Both the position numbers and the translations under genes were made by a program. From positions 256,001 through 320,000 of the forward strand of contig CAVQBK010000013.1 in assembly GCA_963710755.1 (NCBI GenBank): a stretch of DNA of 64,000 nt. Reading direction: 5' to 3'. Below, piece after piece: positions 53,101 through 61,724 of this stretch. Under the pieces are notes generated by a model. The model saw only the letters and a program-made list of their open reading frames with translations. It made no database searches and was not told where the DNA came from. The DNA comes from an uncultured bacterium. GTDB lineage: Bacteria > Oederibacteriota > JAAXVQ01 > JAUVAV01. Position 1 is the first letter of the stretch, and every line of letters begins with the position of its first letter.

Positions 53101-55425
53101 TATAACCCACTGGGCCAGTGGATTAATGGTTCGACTCATGTTGTGGCCAGCCGGATAAGGCGAGTTGACATCAAAGGCGCGGCCATTGCTGCTATTGTCA
53201 AAGGTAATAGGTGAGGAATAATTGTTATCAGATTCTCTGACCGCCACTTTGGTGTCGTCAGTGACGATCAGCCCCCAAATAGTCTGTCGGGAGGCGTCGT
53301 ACCAGGCAATCGCCTGCTCCAATCCTGTTCCATTGGCATAGTCTGAGGTTATGACCGCCACCGGTGGAAGTCCGGGCGACGATACGGTAATGGTATTACC
53401 AAGAGCGCCACTGGTATGATCCGAGGTCACCATACCGCCATAACCCGTGACCGTACTGACCGTTGACATTGACCCTTGGGCTGCAGTGAAAGTAATGGAT
53501 ACATCTTTGATACCTTTTCCATCTTTATCTGTCACCACGGCATAGACCTTGGGATCAACACCGCCACTGGCAAAGGCAAATAAAAAATAATCTGGATCAG
53601 GATCAACCACGATGATCAAATCATAGTTGGCTGAGGTATTATTTTCATCCAACCGTACAATATCCCCGGCTGAGACCGTGCCCAACCCGAGGTAGGCTGC
53701 TGTTGGCATCTCATCGGTTTGGTCGCTAAAGGAAGAAATGGATATGTCATTATTCCCAGGGGACTTGTCGACCAAATTGCCCCCGCTGTAATCGTCAATG
53801 TAATTGCCGGCAACAGTCATGACATGAGAAACAGAATCCACAAAGACACAAAATACCTTGTGGACTTCAGGATCATACCATCCCAGAGCCTGATCACTGC
53901 TGGTCATGGCCGCGGACACAGAAGTAAAGATGGTTCTGGTTCCCAATCCGGGTGAACTGACGGCGATAGTATTGCCCAAAGCCGACGCGCCGGAAACGGT
54001 AGTCTTGGTCACGCCATTCCAGGAGGTCATTGCCGAAGTCCAAGCCAGAGCTCCCGGACCCTGCATGGCAAAGGAGACCGGCTCCCCTTTTAGAGCATTC
54101 CCTGATTCATCTGTGACCACTGCCCAAACCGTGGGATTTTCACCTCCCGTGGCAAAGGCCAGCAAATATTTTTCTTCCTGGTCGGGAAAGACCAAAGTGG
54201 CGAGATAATTGCCACTGCGATAAATGGCGTTGCTGTCATTATTGTAAAATCTCAGCACATCATCCTTTTGAGTGGTGCCGTAGGCCATAAACCCTTCAGC
54301 AGGTTTAATACTGGTCTGGGGTTTGAATGCTGAGAAAGCAGGTGAGATGTTATCACTGCCGCCGGCATTGACCGCAGAAGCCGGAAAACTTGACGTCCCT
54401 GTGACTAGGACATTATTACTTCTGGTGACCGTTGCGCAATAGACCTTTCTATCCTTGGTCCCGTACCAGCTGAATAATCGATCGGTAGTCTGTCTGGCCT
54501 GACTGACTGCGGTGGTGATAATCATTGGTGATGTTTCCGTCTGGGTGGGGCAGGTAATGGTAATGGTATCACCCAGGCTACCGCCTTGCTGATAAAAATA
54601 AGCCATGCCGCTTTCATCGGTCAAGACAGTTGCAGGAAGCATGGTGCCGGCCGACGCATTGGCGGTCACCGTCACACCTGCCAGGCCCATGCCATCATAA
54701 TTGGTGACCACCGCGCAGACGGTGGGACTGGCGCCATCCACGGCATAGGCGTTTAAAAAAGTTCCAGGCTGATTGGCTGAAAAAGTTATAGTACCGTCGG
54801 GATTCCCCGACACCCCGGTTTCATCGATATTAATGTAATCACCGGAAGAATAACTCCCCTGAAACACTTCCATTTGTGCCGGCGTGGTGACGGTTTGTTG
54901 GATGTTGTTCCAGTAATGCACCGTAAGATCGCGGTAATTGGAACTGGTCTGGTCACTGCGCGAAAAATTAAAATTGGAGGTGGAGGTCAAAACCCCTTTG
55001 CCGCTGGTCACTACCACGGCATTAACCATATGACGCGATTCATCAAACCAGGAATAAACAGTATCAGTGTTAACGCGGACCAGAGCAGCAGCCGAAGTGA
55101 TGGTGAGAGGCGACCCGGTCAAGACCTGGGCGCAAGTGGCTGTTATTTGATCCCCTATATTTCCACCGGTTTGATGAACTGTAAAGGTACCGTCCGCCAA
55201 AGTCGTCCCCGAGGTTGAATCCAAGATTCCGGCGGAAGAGGTTATATTAATGGGCGTACCCTGAACACCATTGCCATATTGATCGGTCACTACAAAAACA
55301 ACGGTGGGATTGGCACCTGCAGTGGCATAACCTGCAAGTTGATAAGGTGAACCGGATGCCCAAGCCACTGTTTGCATGGCCAGCGCGATCACCAGGGTTA
55401 TCACCTTTATTTTTAGATGCTTCAT
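50155..55425 (-). CDS. Large secreted repeat protein (six Big_1-like modules, Ig-like repeats, T9SS-like/FlgD-Ig C-terminal domain)
   Basis: GGGAGG RBS, Sec signal ending AWA, six 194-197-aa repeats, about four VTMTV.N...F.W repeats, and C-terminus NYPNP...LYNLAGELV...W.G...GSGVY...KKVVVIR. Confidence 0.85.
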   Translation of the reverse strand: MKHLKIKVITLVIALAMQTVAWASGSPYQLAGYATAGANPTVVFVVTDQYGNGVQGTPINITSSAGILDSTSGTTLADGTFTVHQTGGNIGDQITATCAQVLTGSPLTITSAAALVRVNTDTVYSWFDESRHMVNAVVVTSGKGVLTSTSNFNFSRSDQTSSNYRDLTVHYWNNIQQTVTTPAQMEVFQGSYSSGDYINIDETGVSGNPDGTITFSANQPGTFLNAYAVDGASPTVCAVVTNYDGMGLAGVTVTANASAGTMLPATVLTDESGMAYFYQQGGSLGDTITITCPTQTETSPMIITTAVSQARQTTDRLFSWYGTKDRKVYCATVTRSNNVLVTGTSSFPASAVNAGGSDNISPAFSAFKPQTSIKPAEGFMAYGTTQKDDVLRFYNNDSNAIYRSGNYLATLVFPDQEEKYLLAFATGGENPTVWAVVTDESGNALKGEPVSFAMQGPGALAWTSAMTSWNGVTKTTVSGASALGNTIAVSSPGLGTRTIFTSVSAAMTSSDQALGWYDPEVHKVFCVFVDSVSHVMTVAGNYIDDYSGGNLVDKSPGNNDISISSFSDQTDEMPTAAYLGLGTVSAGDIVRLDENNTSANYDLIIVVDPDPDYFLFAFASGGVDPKVYAVVTDKDGKGIKDVSITFTAAQGSMSTVSTVTGYGGMVTSDHTSGALGNTITVSSPGLPPVAVITSDYANGTGLEQAIAWYDASRQTIWGLIVTDDTKVAVRESDNNYSSPITFDNSSNGRAFDVNSPYPAGHNMSRTINPLAQWVICPGTAGIGDQVIVNMGYSTPGTDAFITINEIKSSFLQAFATSAVNPVVTALVVTDDGVGMEGIPISFSSNNAFSTMSGGPSWITSFDGTVSSTESGGASQDVITVSAAGYPDVQILTNAGVGGVLQNSKVLSWYAAANHKINTAVIRYPCYNLLVSTIPTVNYLAIDETAGNNRILAVSGAKTDVADLPTYAYIAPGTNGGGDKINIQVLGNVATDDAMVTLPVDPTVNLRAFATGGINPTVFAMITDENGNGVPGVNVHFQAPVSTAMSLTDTATDDEGLAVSTQSNGSLGNVIYVSAEGVANTITVKATPAQNITTSTRMVCSYGIASRTARAAFVNVPENVMALNSNATFSAFDFSTNGRTITLQTPTVQQTGSYPAYVTVTTGSEGEGDQIRLAESNTSADPEGIITISVPFSEISSTLAASPDPVLTNQEMTVTMTVYNVGGPDALSVSPTALAVAGNAAYLSGPTPASYASIPGGSQEAFTWTYLAAAPGGVTFTGQAMAIDSFSTNNLTTTATDSNPILIRDPEPPVLTTTLGAQPATVSTGQMIDVTMTVTNDSSSDVPQGLTVTPSTLGIIGGATYYAGPTPTAQFLERGDTKSFFWSYTAGSPGYVTITGQAYTTDPFDAAGVTSNAAATVVTVQSPANLACVIHGPQNAERLRDFTLTMTVTNTGQATALLGKPLSLAWTGSDSATVEAVGSTSPGSATILGGASQDFTWLVTVGSEVGTLTFTGNAQALDLNSGNTVTSSSVDSNVINVIQGAINLDRVLSSANQVYQGQKAIPVTMEARNTSLMSVTITAANLTFNHSQTGFTVIPAPDNPTVVGPQSSFTLDFYVDIGTQAPVGAVTVDGTISGDAETGAMAANGAQSGTAQWTILKPFNSMHQNYPNPLKLSQRGYTTFDYYVAKDEAVSINLYNLAGELVAVVVDGRPGVGAHQAMWYGDNGTPDQRGSAVGSGVYLAVYKIGSYQEIKKVVVIR

Positions 55426-55750
55426 CTTAATCCTCCCGCATTGAAATTTCACACTTAAATTCATTTGGATTCAGTGGTTAAAAGCAAAGTATATACAACG
55501 TAGAATAAACAGCCGTGGAATCTAACTCCAGCTTACCCATCCTGGGATAGTAACGACACTTTCCAAAAATCATTAATAATTTAAACTTAACTAAATGAGG
55601 AAGTGGGGTGGGGGTAATACAGATAGACCATAGAAACTTTATGGTTTTCCATTGGAGGAGCTATTTATTCACTCCCCAGAACAGGAGGACATAGCCTGAT
55701 CAAGTCCGGTTTCGGACCTCCGTTTTTTCTCAGGCACTATCAAGAGCAAT

Positions 55751-55781
55751 AAAAAAGGCGGCTGATTACTCAGCCGCCTTT
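55751..55781 (-). terminator. Intrinsic terminator after the oxidoreductase operon
   Basis: AAAGGCGGCTGA-N-TCAGCCGCC stem followed by T6 on minus. Confidence 0.85.
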
Positions 55782-55798
55782 GAGGTCATGAGGATAAA

Positions 55799-56734
55799 TT
55801 AGGCGCCTTTGCCGCATTTCAGCAGCAGACGATGCCACCGGCGATCCACTTCGTCCTGAATCTCTTTAACCAAGCCTTCATTTTCCGGTTTCAAGAGATG
55901 GCGAAAACGGGTCTGGGTTTTGTAATACTCGGTCACTGGCTTTTTGTCTTTTACTTCCCGGGACAATTTCCATTCCCCGTCAATGACTTCATAAAGAGGC
56001 CAGAAGCAGGTGTCCACCGCCAAACGGGCAATTTCCATGGTCTTGGCGGGATCGGATCCCCAGCCCAGGCGGCAGGGGGTGTAGACATTCATGAATTTGG
56101 GTCCTTCAATGCTGAAGGCTTTGTCTGCCTTGCGCATCAAATCCATGTGATAACCCACCGAGGCCTGAGCAGCATAGGCCACATCATGAGCGGCAATGAT
56201 TCCCGTAAGATCTTTGGGAAACTGAACTTTCCCGGGAATAACTTTACCGGCCGGAGAGGTGGTGGTATGGCCGCCACGGGGCGTGGCGGAAGATCGCTGC
56301 ACCCCAGTGTTCATGTAGGCTTCGTTGTTGTAGCATACATAAAGCATGTTGTGGCGCCGTTCCATGGCGCCTGACAAGGATTGAAACCCGATGTCATAGG
56401 TGCCGCCGTCCCCACCGAGGGCCACGAATTTCAGATCCGTATCCACCGGCAGCCGGCCTTGTTTTTTCAAGGATTTATAGGCGGTTTCCATACCGGAAAC
56501 CGTGGCCGCCGAATTTTCAAAGGCATTGTGCATAAAATTACCACGCCAGGCGGTATAGGGATTGATGGTGGTGGCAATTTCCATGCAGCCCGTGGCGCAT
56601 CCGGTGATCACCGGCGATGGTGACTGGCCGTAGATCATGCGAATGATCTGAGGAAAACCACAGCCGGCACAGGCGCGATGGCCGCCGGCCAATCCAACAT
56701 TTTCTTTGGTTGCAAGCTGTTTTAAATTCAGCAT
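55799..56734 (-). CDS. porB: Pyruvate/2-oxoacid:ferredoxin oxidoreductase beta subunit
   Basis: GHRACAGC, TGC.E, GGDGGT.DIG, NEAYMNTG.Q.S. Confidence 0.93.
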   Translation of the reverse strand: MLNLKQLATKENVGLAGGHRACAGCGFPQIIRMIYGQSPSPVITGCATGCMEIATTINPYTAWRGNFMHNAFENSAATVSGMETAYKSLKKQGRLPVDTDLKFVALGGDGGTYDIGFQSLSGAMERRHNMLYVCYNNEAYMNTGVQRSSATPRGGHTTTSPAGKVIPGKVQFPKDLTGIIAAHDVAYAAQASVGYHMDLMRKADKAFSIEGPKFMNVYTPCRLGWGSDPAKTMEIARLAVDTCFWPLYEVIDGEWKLSREVKDKKPVTEYYKTQTRFRHLLKPENEGLVKEIQDEVDRRWHRLLLKCGKGA

Positions 56735-56842
56735 TTTCTTTTCTCCTTTAAGCTTGTGGGCAGCTAACCCTGGTGGTGACCTCGGCAGGGGCCAATGCTC
56801 TGAAACCGGATCGGGCTTGCTGCCTGCGACTATAAATTGTGA

Positions 56843-58027
56843 TTATTCGCGAACACCCCAGTACACCACGCGTTCTTCCGTGGTGGCAGGCGCGGGAGCC
56901 TTCAGGGTTTTCTCCATGATTTGTTCCAACTCGGTAAAGTGAATCTCGCGGCCACCCAACCCATAAACATAGTTGATGACCTTGGCCTTCAGGCCGGCAT
57001 CATACAAGCCTGCCTTTAATTCAGCGGCCAAGGGACCACCTTGGGTGTTGATGATATCGGAGCGGTCCATGATAGCGATGTTGGGTACATGCTTCAAGGC
57101 GGCAGCCAATTCTTCGGCCGGGAATGGTCTGAAAACCCGCACTTTCAACAAGCCGGCCTTGATCCCCCGGTCGCGCAGGTTATCCACAGCTACCCGGGCC
57201 GTGCCGGCGGTGGAACCCAAAGCTACGATGGCCACGTCCGCATCTTCCAGCCGATAGTCTTCATAGAATCCGTATTCTTTTCCAAAGACCTTGCTGAATT
57301 CTTTGCCAATCTCAAGGATGACTTTTTTGGCATTAATCATACCTTGGGCTGCAGCCCGGCGGTGTTCAAAGTAAAAATCCTGCAAATCGGCTGATCCCAC
57401 GGTAATGGGGTCATTGGGATTGAGCAGGGTAAAGGCCGGTTTGTAGTCGCCGATAAACTTCTGCACTTCATCATCAGGGTAGGTCAGGATGTTTTCCATG
57501 CCGTGGCTGATAATAAACCCGTCCGTGCTGGTCCAGGCCGGCAGCATCACGTCCGGGTGTTCGGCAATCCGCACACATTGAATCAAATTATCATAAGCTT
57601 CCTGGGCGTTTTCGGAAAAAATCTGAATCCAGCCGGTATCGCGGGCGCCCATGGTATCGCTGTGATCGCAATGAATATTAATGGGGCCGGACAAGGCCCG
57701 GTTGACTTCCGCCATTACGATTGGCAAACGATAACCAGCCGCAATATAAAGGATTTCATACATCAAGGCCAACCCCTGTGACGAGGTGGCGGTCATGGTG
57801 CGCGCTCCAGCGGCAGCTGATCCCATGCAGGCGGACATGGCCGAATGTTCCGATTCCACCGTAATTAATTCTGTTTTGACGATGCCGTCATTTACAAACC
57901 CGGCAAAGATCTGCATGATTTCTGTGGCCGGGGTAATGGGATAGGCGGCACATACATCCGGATTGATTTGGCGCATGGCTTCAGCCATGGCTTCATTCCC
58001 GGTTTTGGCTTGCATTATCTTCTCCAT
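56843..58027 (-). CDS. porA: Pyruvate/2-oxoacid:ferredoxin oxidoreductase alpha subunit
   Basis: AYPITP, ESEHSA, TSSQGL, RPFP, GLGGR. Confidence 0.93.
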   Translation of the reverse strand: MEKIMQAKTGNEAMAEAMRQINPDVCAAYPITPATEIMQIFAGFVNDGIVKTELITVESEHSAMSACMGSAAAGARTMTATSSQGLALMYEILYIAAGYRLPIVMAEVNRALSGPINIHCDHSDTMGARDTGWIQIFSENAQEAYDNLIQCVRIAEHPDVMLPAWTSTDGFIISHGMENILTYPDDEVQKFIGDYKPAFTLLNPNDPITVGSADLQDFYFEHRRAAAQGMINAKKVILEIGKEFSKVFGKEYGFYEDYRLEDADVAIVALGSTAGTARVAVDNLRDRGIKAGLLKVRVFRPFPAEELAAALKHVPNIAIMDRSDIINTQGGPLAAELKAGLYDAGLKAKVINYVYGLGGREIHFTELEQIMEKTLKAPAPATTEERVVYWGVRE

Positions 58028-58046
58028 TGACTCTACTTCCCCTTTC

Positions 58047-58358
58047 TCATTGGCAGGTGGTTACTTTTGCCTTGGATACCATGGTAATGGATTTAGGCTT
58101 GGTCGGGCATTCATGGGCGCAAATACCACACCCTTTGCAATAGTCCAGGCTGACCCCTTCGATTTTACCATCTTTGGTTTGCCAGCAATCATCGGGACAA
58201 GTGATCCAACAGGCCATGCAATGGATACACGTTTCCGGATTCCATACCGGCACGTCGGTCGCCCAGGCGCCGGTCTTAAATTCTTGTGAACTCGCGGCTT
58301 TCAGAATATTGCCGTGAGGAAAATCTTTCCATCCCGGTTTTTTTACTTCAGCACTCAC
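58047..58358 (-). CDS. porD: Oxidoreductase delta subunit (2x[4Fe-4S])
   Basis: TG.W, CIHCMACW..CPD, YCKGCGICAHECP. Confidence 0.92.
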   Translation of the reverse strand: MSAEVKKPGWKDFPHGNILKAASSQEFKTGAWATDVPVWNPETCIHCMACWITCPDDCWQTKDGKIEGVSLDYCKGCGICAHECPTKPKSITMVSKAKVTTCQ

Positions 58359-58936
58359 TGAACCTTTACCTCCTCATAAGCCCGGCGGATCGCGGTCATG
58401 TTGCCTTCCACGACTTCCGGACGGTTTTTAAATTTTTTCTCCATTTTTTTCTGGGTATCTTCCAGCAGTTGTTCAAAATCCATCAACTTGGTGACTTTCA
58501 CCAAGGCCCCCATCATGCAGGTGTTGGGTACATTGCGTTTGATGGATTCCATGGCGATATTGGAGGCATCAACAGTAAATATATTTTTGCCTTTCCAGCT
58601 CATGCAGGATCGCACTTCCTCCGGCGTTTCTTCCGTATTAACCAGCAAAATGCCGTGCTCTTCATCCAGCCCGGCTGTGACATCCACATCCTTCATCAAA
58701 GAAGGATCGAGCACCACCACCACTTTGGGGTTGGTCACCGAACAATGCAGGTAGATTGGTTCTTCGCTGATGCGATTGAAGGATTGGACCGGTGCCCCCA
58801 TGCGTTCGGGACCGTATTCAGGGAATGCTTGCACATACTTACCGGCGTGAACAACCGCTTCCCCTAAAAGCAAAGCTGCCGTCTTGGCGCCTTGACCTCC
58901 GCGGCCGTGCCAGCGGATTTCGATCATGTTTTTCAT
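58355..58936 (-). CDS. porC: Oxidoreductase gamma subunit
   Basis: EIRWHGRGGQG, YGPERMGAP, PNT.M.GA. Confidence 0.93.
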   Translation of the reverse strand: MKNMIEIRWHGRGGQGAKTAALLLGEAVVHAGKYVQAFPEYGPERMGAPVQSFNRISEEPIYLHCSVTNPKVVVVLDPSLMKDVDVTAGLDEEHGILLVNTEETPEEVRSCMSWKGKNIFTVDASNIAMESIKRNVPNTCMMGALVKVTKLMDFEQLLEDTQKKMEKKFKNRPEVVEGNMTAIRRAYEEVKVQ

Positions 58937-59254
58937 TAGTTAACGTCCTCCTTGTGAGACGATTTTTTATCGGCCGCCCATCCTTCTGGTGGAGCAGTGG
59001 GCAGTGGTCACTCGCGGTTGCAAGGACTAACCTTGGCCGGGATAATCCAGGTAAAAAAACACATCACCTGAGTCGGGCTGCTGGTCTCATGGGGCGAGGA
59101 TGGTTGAGCATTGGTTTTCTGAAGCCATTCTGTAAGATCAGCTGGAAATGAAGTAACAACAGCAGCCGTCACACGATTTTACGGCACTGTTTTTACGGAA
59201 GGAATTATACGCAATTCTTTTAAAAAGACAAGGGCCAATTATTTTTTTTTAAGG

Positions 59255-60562
59255 TTAAATTTTAAATTTCCTAGTGATGGTTTGCAGCCGGTCCATGGCT
59301 TCATGCAGGGCCTGACCTGCCTCCAACACTTGATTCATGGATTTTGCTTGCTGTTCGGCCGCATGCTTGGCCGACTGAAAATTGGCAATATTTTCATTTA
59401 CAATGTCCGTGGCCTCGTGCACGCTTTTAAATACTTTTTGGTGAATATTTTTCACTAACGTTATTTCCTGGGCCACCTCGCCTAGCAGTTTCCCCTGTAT
59501 CACAATATCCTCATTCAGTTCCTTGAAAACATTCTGCACTTCCTGCGCCACTTGATGTCCTTTTTCCACATCACCCGAATGGATACTGATCTGTTGCACC
59601 AGTTCATTGGTCTTGTTTTTATTGGCCGTCACAATCTGATTGATTTGTTTGGCCGCGCCCGAAGCTTCTTCCGCCAGTTTACGTACCTCGTCCGCCACTA
59701 CGGCGAAACCGCGGCCGTTGTCCCCGGCGCGGGCAGCTTCAATGGCTGCATTCAGGGCCAGCAAGTTGGTTTGCTCGGCAATGCCGGAGATCACCTCCAC
59801 AATTTTCATGATGGCTTCCGATTCTTGATCCAGGCTGGCCACCTCTTCCGTGGCTTTCTTAACCGACATAAGCAGGCCTTCAATTTCATTGACCACATTT
59901 TTCACGGCCTGGTTGCCTTGAGTGGAGAGTGTGTTGATTTCCTTGTTCAAATTTTCAGTGAGGGTATCGATAAAGGAGAAAATATTGCGCAGACGGTCTG
60001 AAAGCTCTTCCACATTTTTATTGACCAACCCGGAAATGGCCTGTTGATGAGTACTGGCCGTGGTGACATGATCCACATTTTGCAGCACCTGGCGGCTGGC
60101 GGCTTCCACAATGGCACTGGCATCCATAATGGAAATCTCCGAATTTTGAATGCCGTCATGAATTTCATGGATGAACCTGATGAAAATTTGGAACTGCTCG
60201 TAGAGCAGACGGATATGATCTTTCACCTGGGCGATTTCACCGCCATCTTGTCCTCGGGAAAGCTGAAAGGAAAAATCACCTTCATTGGCTTTTAGCGATG
60301 CCTGCTGCAATTCTTCCAGAGGCATGAGCAGGTATTTCTTACCCACCCAAAAATTAATCTGCCCCACGACCAAGCCGGCGGCAATGCAGGCCGGAAAGAA
60401 CAACAACCATTTCATGCCCTGCAATCCCATCACAGGTCCCATCACCAGCGGAAACATCACCCCGATCATAAATCCCACGGTCAGCGTCATGGCATGATAA
60501 GGATAACGTTTAAACCAGCTTGGCTGTTGCCGCGGTTTGTCCTTGGAGACTGTAGGGCTCAT
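59255..60562 (-). CDS. Methyl-accepting chemotaxis protein (two TMs, HAMP, no large sensor domain)
   Basis: [36 protein letters not shown]; overlaps the recR stop. Confidence 0.93.
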   Translation of the reverse strand: MSPTVSKDKPRQQPSWFKRYPYHAMTLTVGFMIGVMFPLVMGPVMGLQGMKWLLFFPACIAAGLVVGQINFWVGKKYLLMPLEELQQASLKANEGDFSFQLSRGQDGGEIAQVKDHIRLLYEQFQIFIRFIHEIHDGIQNSEISIMDASAIVEAASRQVLQNVDHVTTASTHQQAISGLVNKNVEELSDRLRNIFSFIDTLTENLNKEINTLSTQGNQAVKNVVNEIEGLLMSVKKATEEVASLDQESEAIMKIVEVISGIAEQTNLLALNAAIEAARAGDNGRGFAVVADEVRKLAEEASGAAKQINQIVTANKNKTNELVQQISIHSGDVEKGHQVAQEVQNVFKELNEDIVIQGKLLGEVAQEITLVKNIHQKVFKSVHEATDIVNENIANFQSAKHAAEQQAKSMNQVLEAGQALHEAMDRLQTITRKFKI

Positions 60563-61167
60563 AGTTCGCGTCTGCCATCCAAGGCCTGACCGATGGTCAC
60601 ATCATCGGCATATTCCAAGTTGCCCCCGGCTGGCAATCCGCTGGCCAGGCGGGTCACTTTGATGCCCAGGGGTTTAATCAGCCGGCTTAAGTAAATAGCA
60701 GTTGCTTCCCCTTCCACATCCGGGTTGGTAGCCACCACCACTTCCTGAATAGTGCCTTCTTGCAGGCGCCGCAATAGTTCCTTGATTTTCAATTCTTCGG
60801 GACCAATGCCTTCCAGGGGCGATAATGTACCCATCAGTACATGGTACCGGCCGCGAAACAGGTTGGTTCTTTCCAGGGAAAAAACATCATTGGGTTCTTC
60901 CACGACGCACAGGATACCAGCATCCCGCCGCGGATCCTGGCAAATGGTACAAAGCGTCTCCTCGGAAAGAGAAAAACAGCGTTCGCAATATTTTATTTTG
61001 TCCTTGGCTTCGAGAAGACTGTCCGCCAGCTGTTCCACCTGGCGGCGGTCCTGCCGCAACAAATAAAAGGCCAGCCGTTGAGCCGATTTCGGGCCTATTC
61101 CCGGCATTTTACCCAGTTCGTTAATCATACGGGCCAAAGCCCCTGAGAATAAATCCATGTCGATCAT
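60559..61167 (-). CDS. recR: Recombination mediator RecR
   Basis: [11 protein letters not shown]4 zinc finger, CVVE, EGEATA, LEYAD. Confidence 0.97.
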   Translation of the reverse strand: MIDMDLFSGALARMINELGKMPGIGPKSAQRLAFYLLRQDRRQVEQLADSLLEAKDKIKYCERCFSLSEETLCTICQDPRRDAGILCVVEEPNDVFSLERTNLFRGRYHVLMGTLSPLEGIGPEELKIKELLRRLQEGTIQEVVVATNPDVEGEATAIYLSRLIKPLGIKVTRLASGLPAGGNLEYADDVTIGQALDGRREL

Positions 61168-61475
61168 CCAAAAGGATTCATGCCGCCAAGTCCGCCCGTA
61201 ATTTTGCTCATCTGGGAAGCCGCTGTTTTCTGAGCTCGCCGGAGAGCATCTTCAATGGCTTCTTTGACCAGCTTTTCCAGCTGCGCTTTGTCGGGTTTTT
61301 CCAGCATTTTTTGGTCGATGCTGACGTTCTTCACATCCATAGCGGCGTTCATTTCAATGATAACTGCCTCGCGGCCGCCTTTGCCAATCACGGTTTGTGC
61401 GGCCAGGGCCGCCTTGGCCTGTTTCATCTGGCCCTGCATGTCCTTTAATTTTTTTGCCATATTAAACATATTCAT
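61164..61475 (-). CDS. ybaB: YbaB/EbfC nucleoid-associated protein
   Basis: MQ..M..A...L...V.G.GG...V; conserved dnaX-ybaB-recR synteny. Confidence 0.88.
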   Translation of the reverse strand: MNMFNMAKKLKDMQGQMKQAKAALAAQTVIGKGGREAVIIEMNAAMDVKNVSIDQKMLEKPDKAQLEKLVKEAIEDALRRAQKTAASQMSKITGGLGGMNPFG

Positions 61476-61621
61476 CTTGCGCTTTGCCTCCTGATCATTT
61501 TACCTCCCCCCTGGTCCAACGCCTGTTGTCAGTCCAGAGTGGGTCTGTTTCGTTTCTGTAGTCCTAAAGCCATTGGGGTTGCAAAACCTTCAGGTTGTTG
61601 TCCCTTAGCATAAAAACATCC

Positions 61622-61670
61622 ATAGGGTACAGGTATCCCGCATACGCCGGACAAGCAACCTGTAGCCTGC
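61622..61670. repeat. Palindromic repeat family A copy 4 (inverted)
   Basis: Reverse complement GCAGGCTACAGGT-TGCTTGTCCGGCGTATGCGGGAT-ACCTGTACCCTAT. Confidence 0.8.
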
Positions 61671-61724
61671 AAGGCCTATGGCAACCCAACCAAGTTGCGA
61701 CCAAGGCTCTTTCCGCAACAAGAC

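Noticed and set aside
59025-59095. TPP riboswitch in the por leader (TGAGA...CTGGATTATCCCGGCCAAGG)
   Set aside because: The match is only partial. ACCTG is sequestered in a different hairpin, and the P2/P4 pairings cannot be formed.
1871-61670. CRISPR array or integron attC interpretation of the repeats
   Set aside because: The copies are dispersed by tens of kb with no spacers, cas or integrase genes, and they lack RYYYAAC/GTTRRRY cores.
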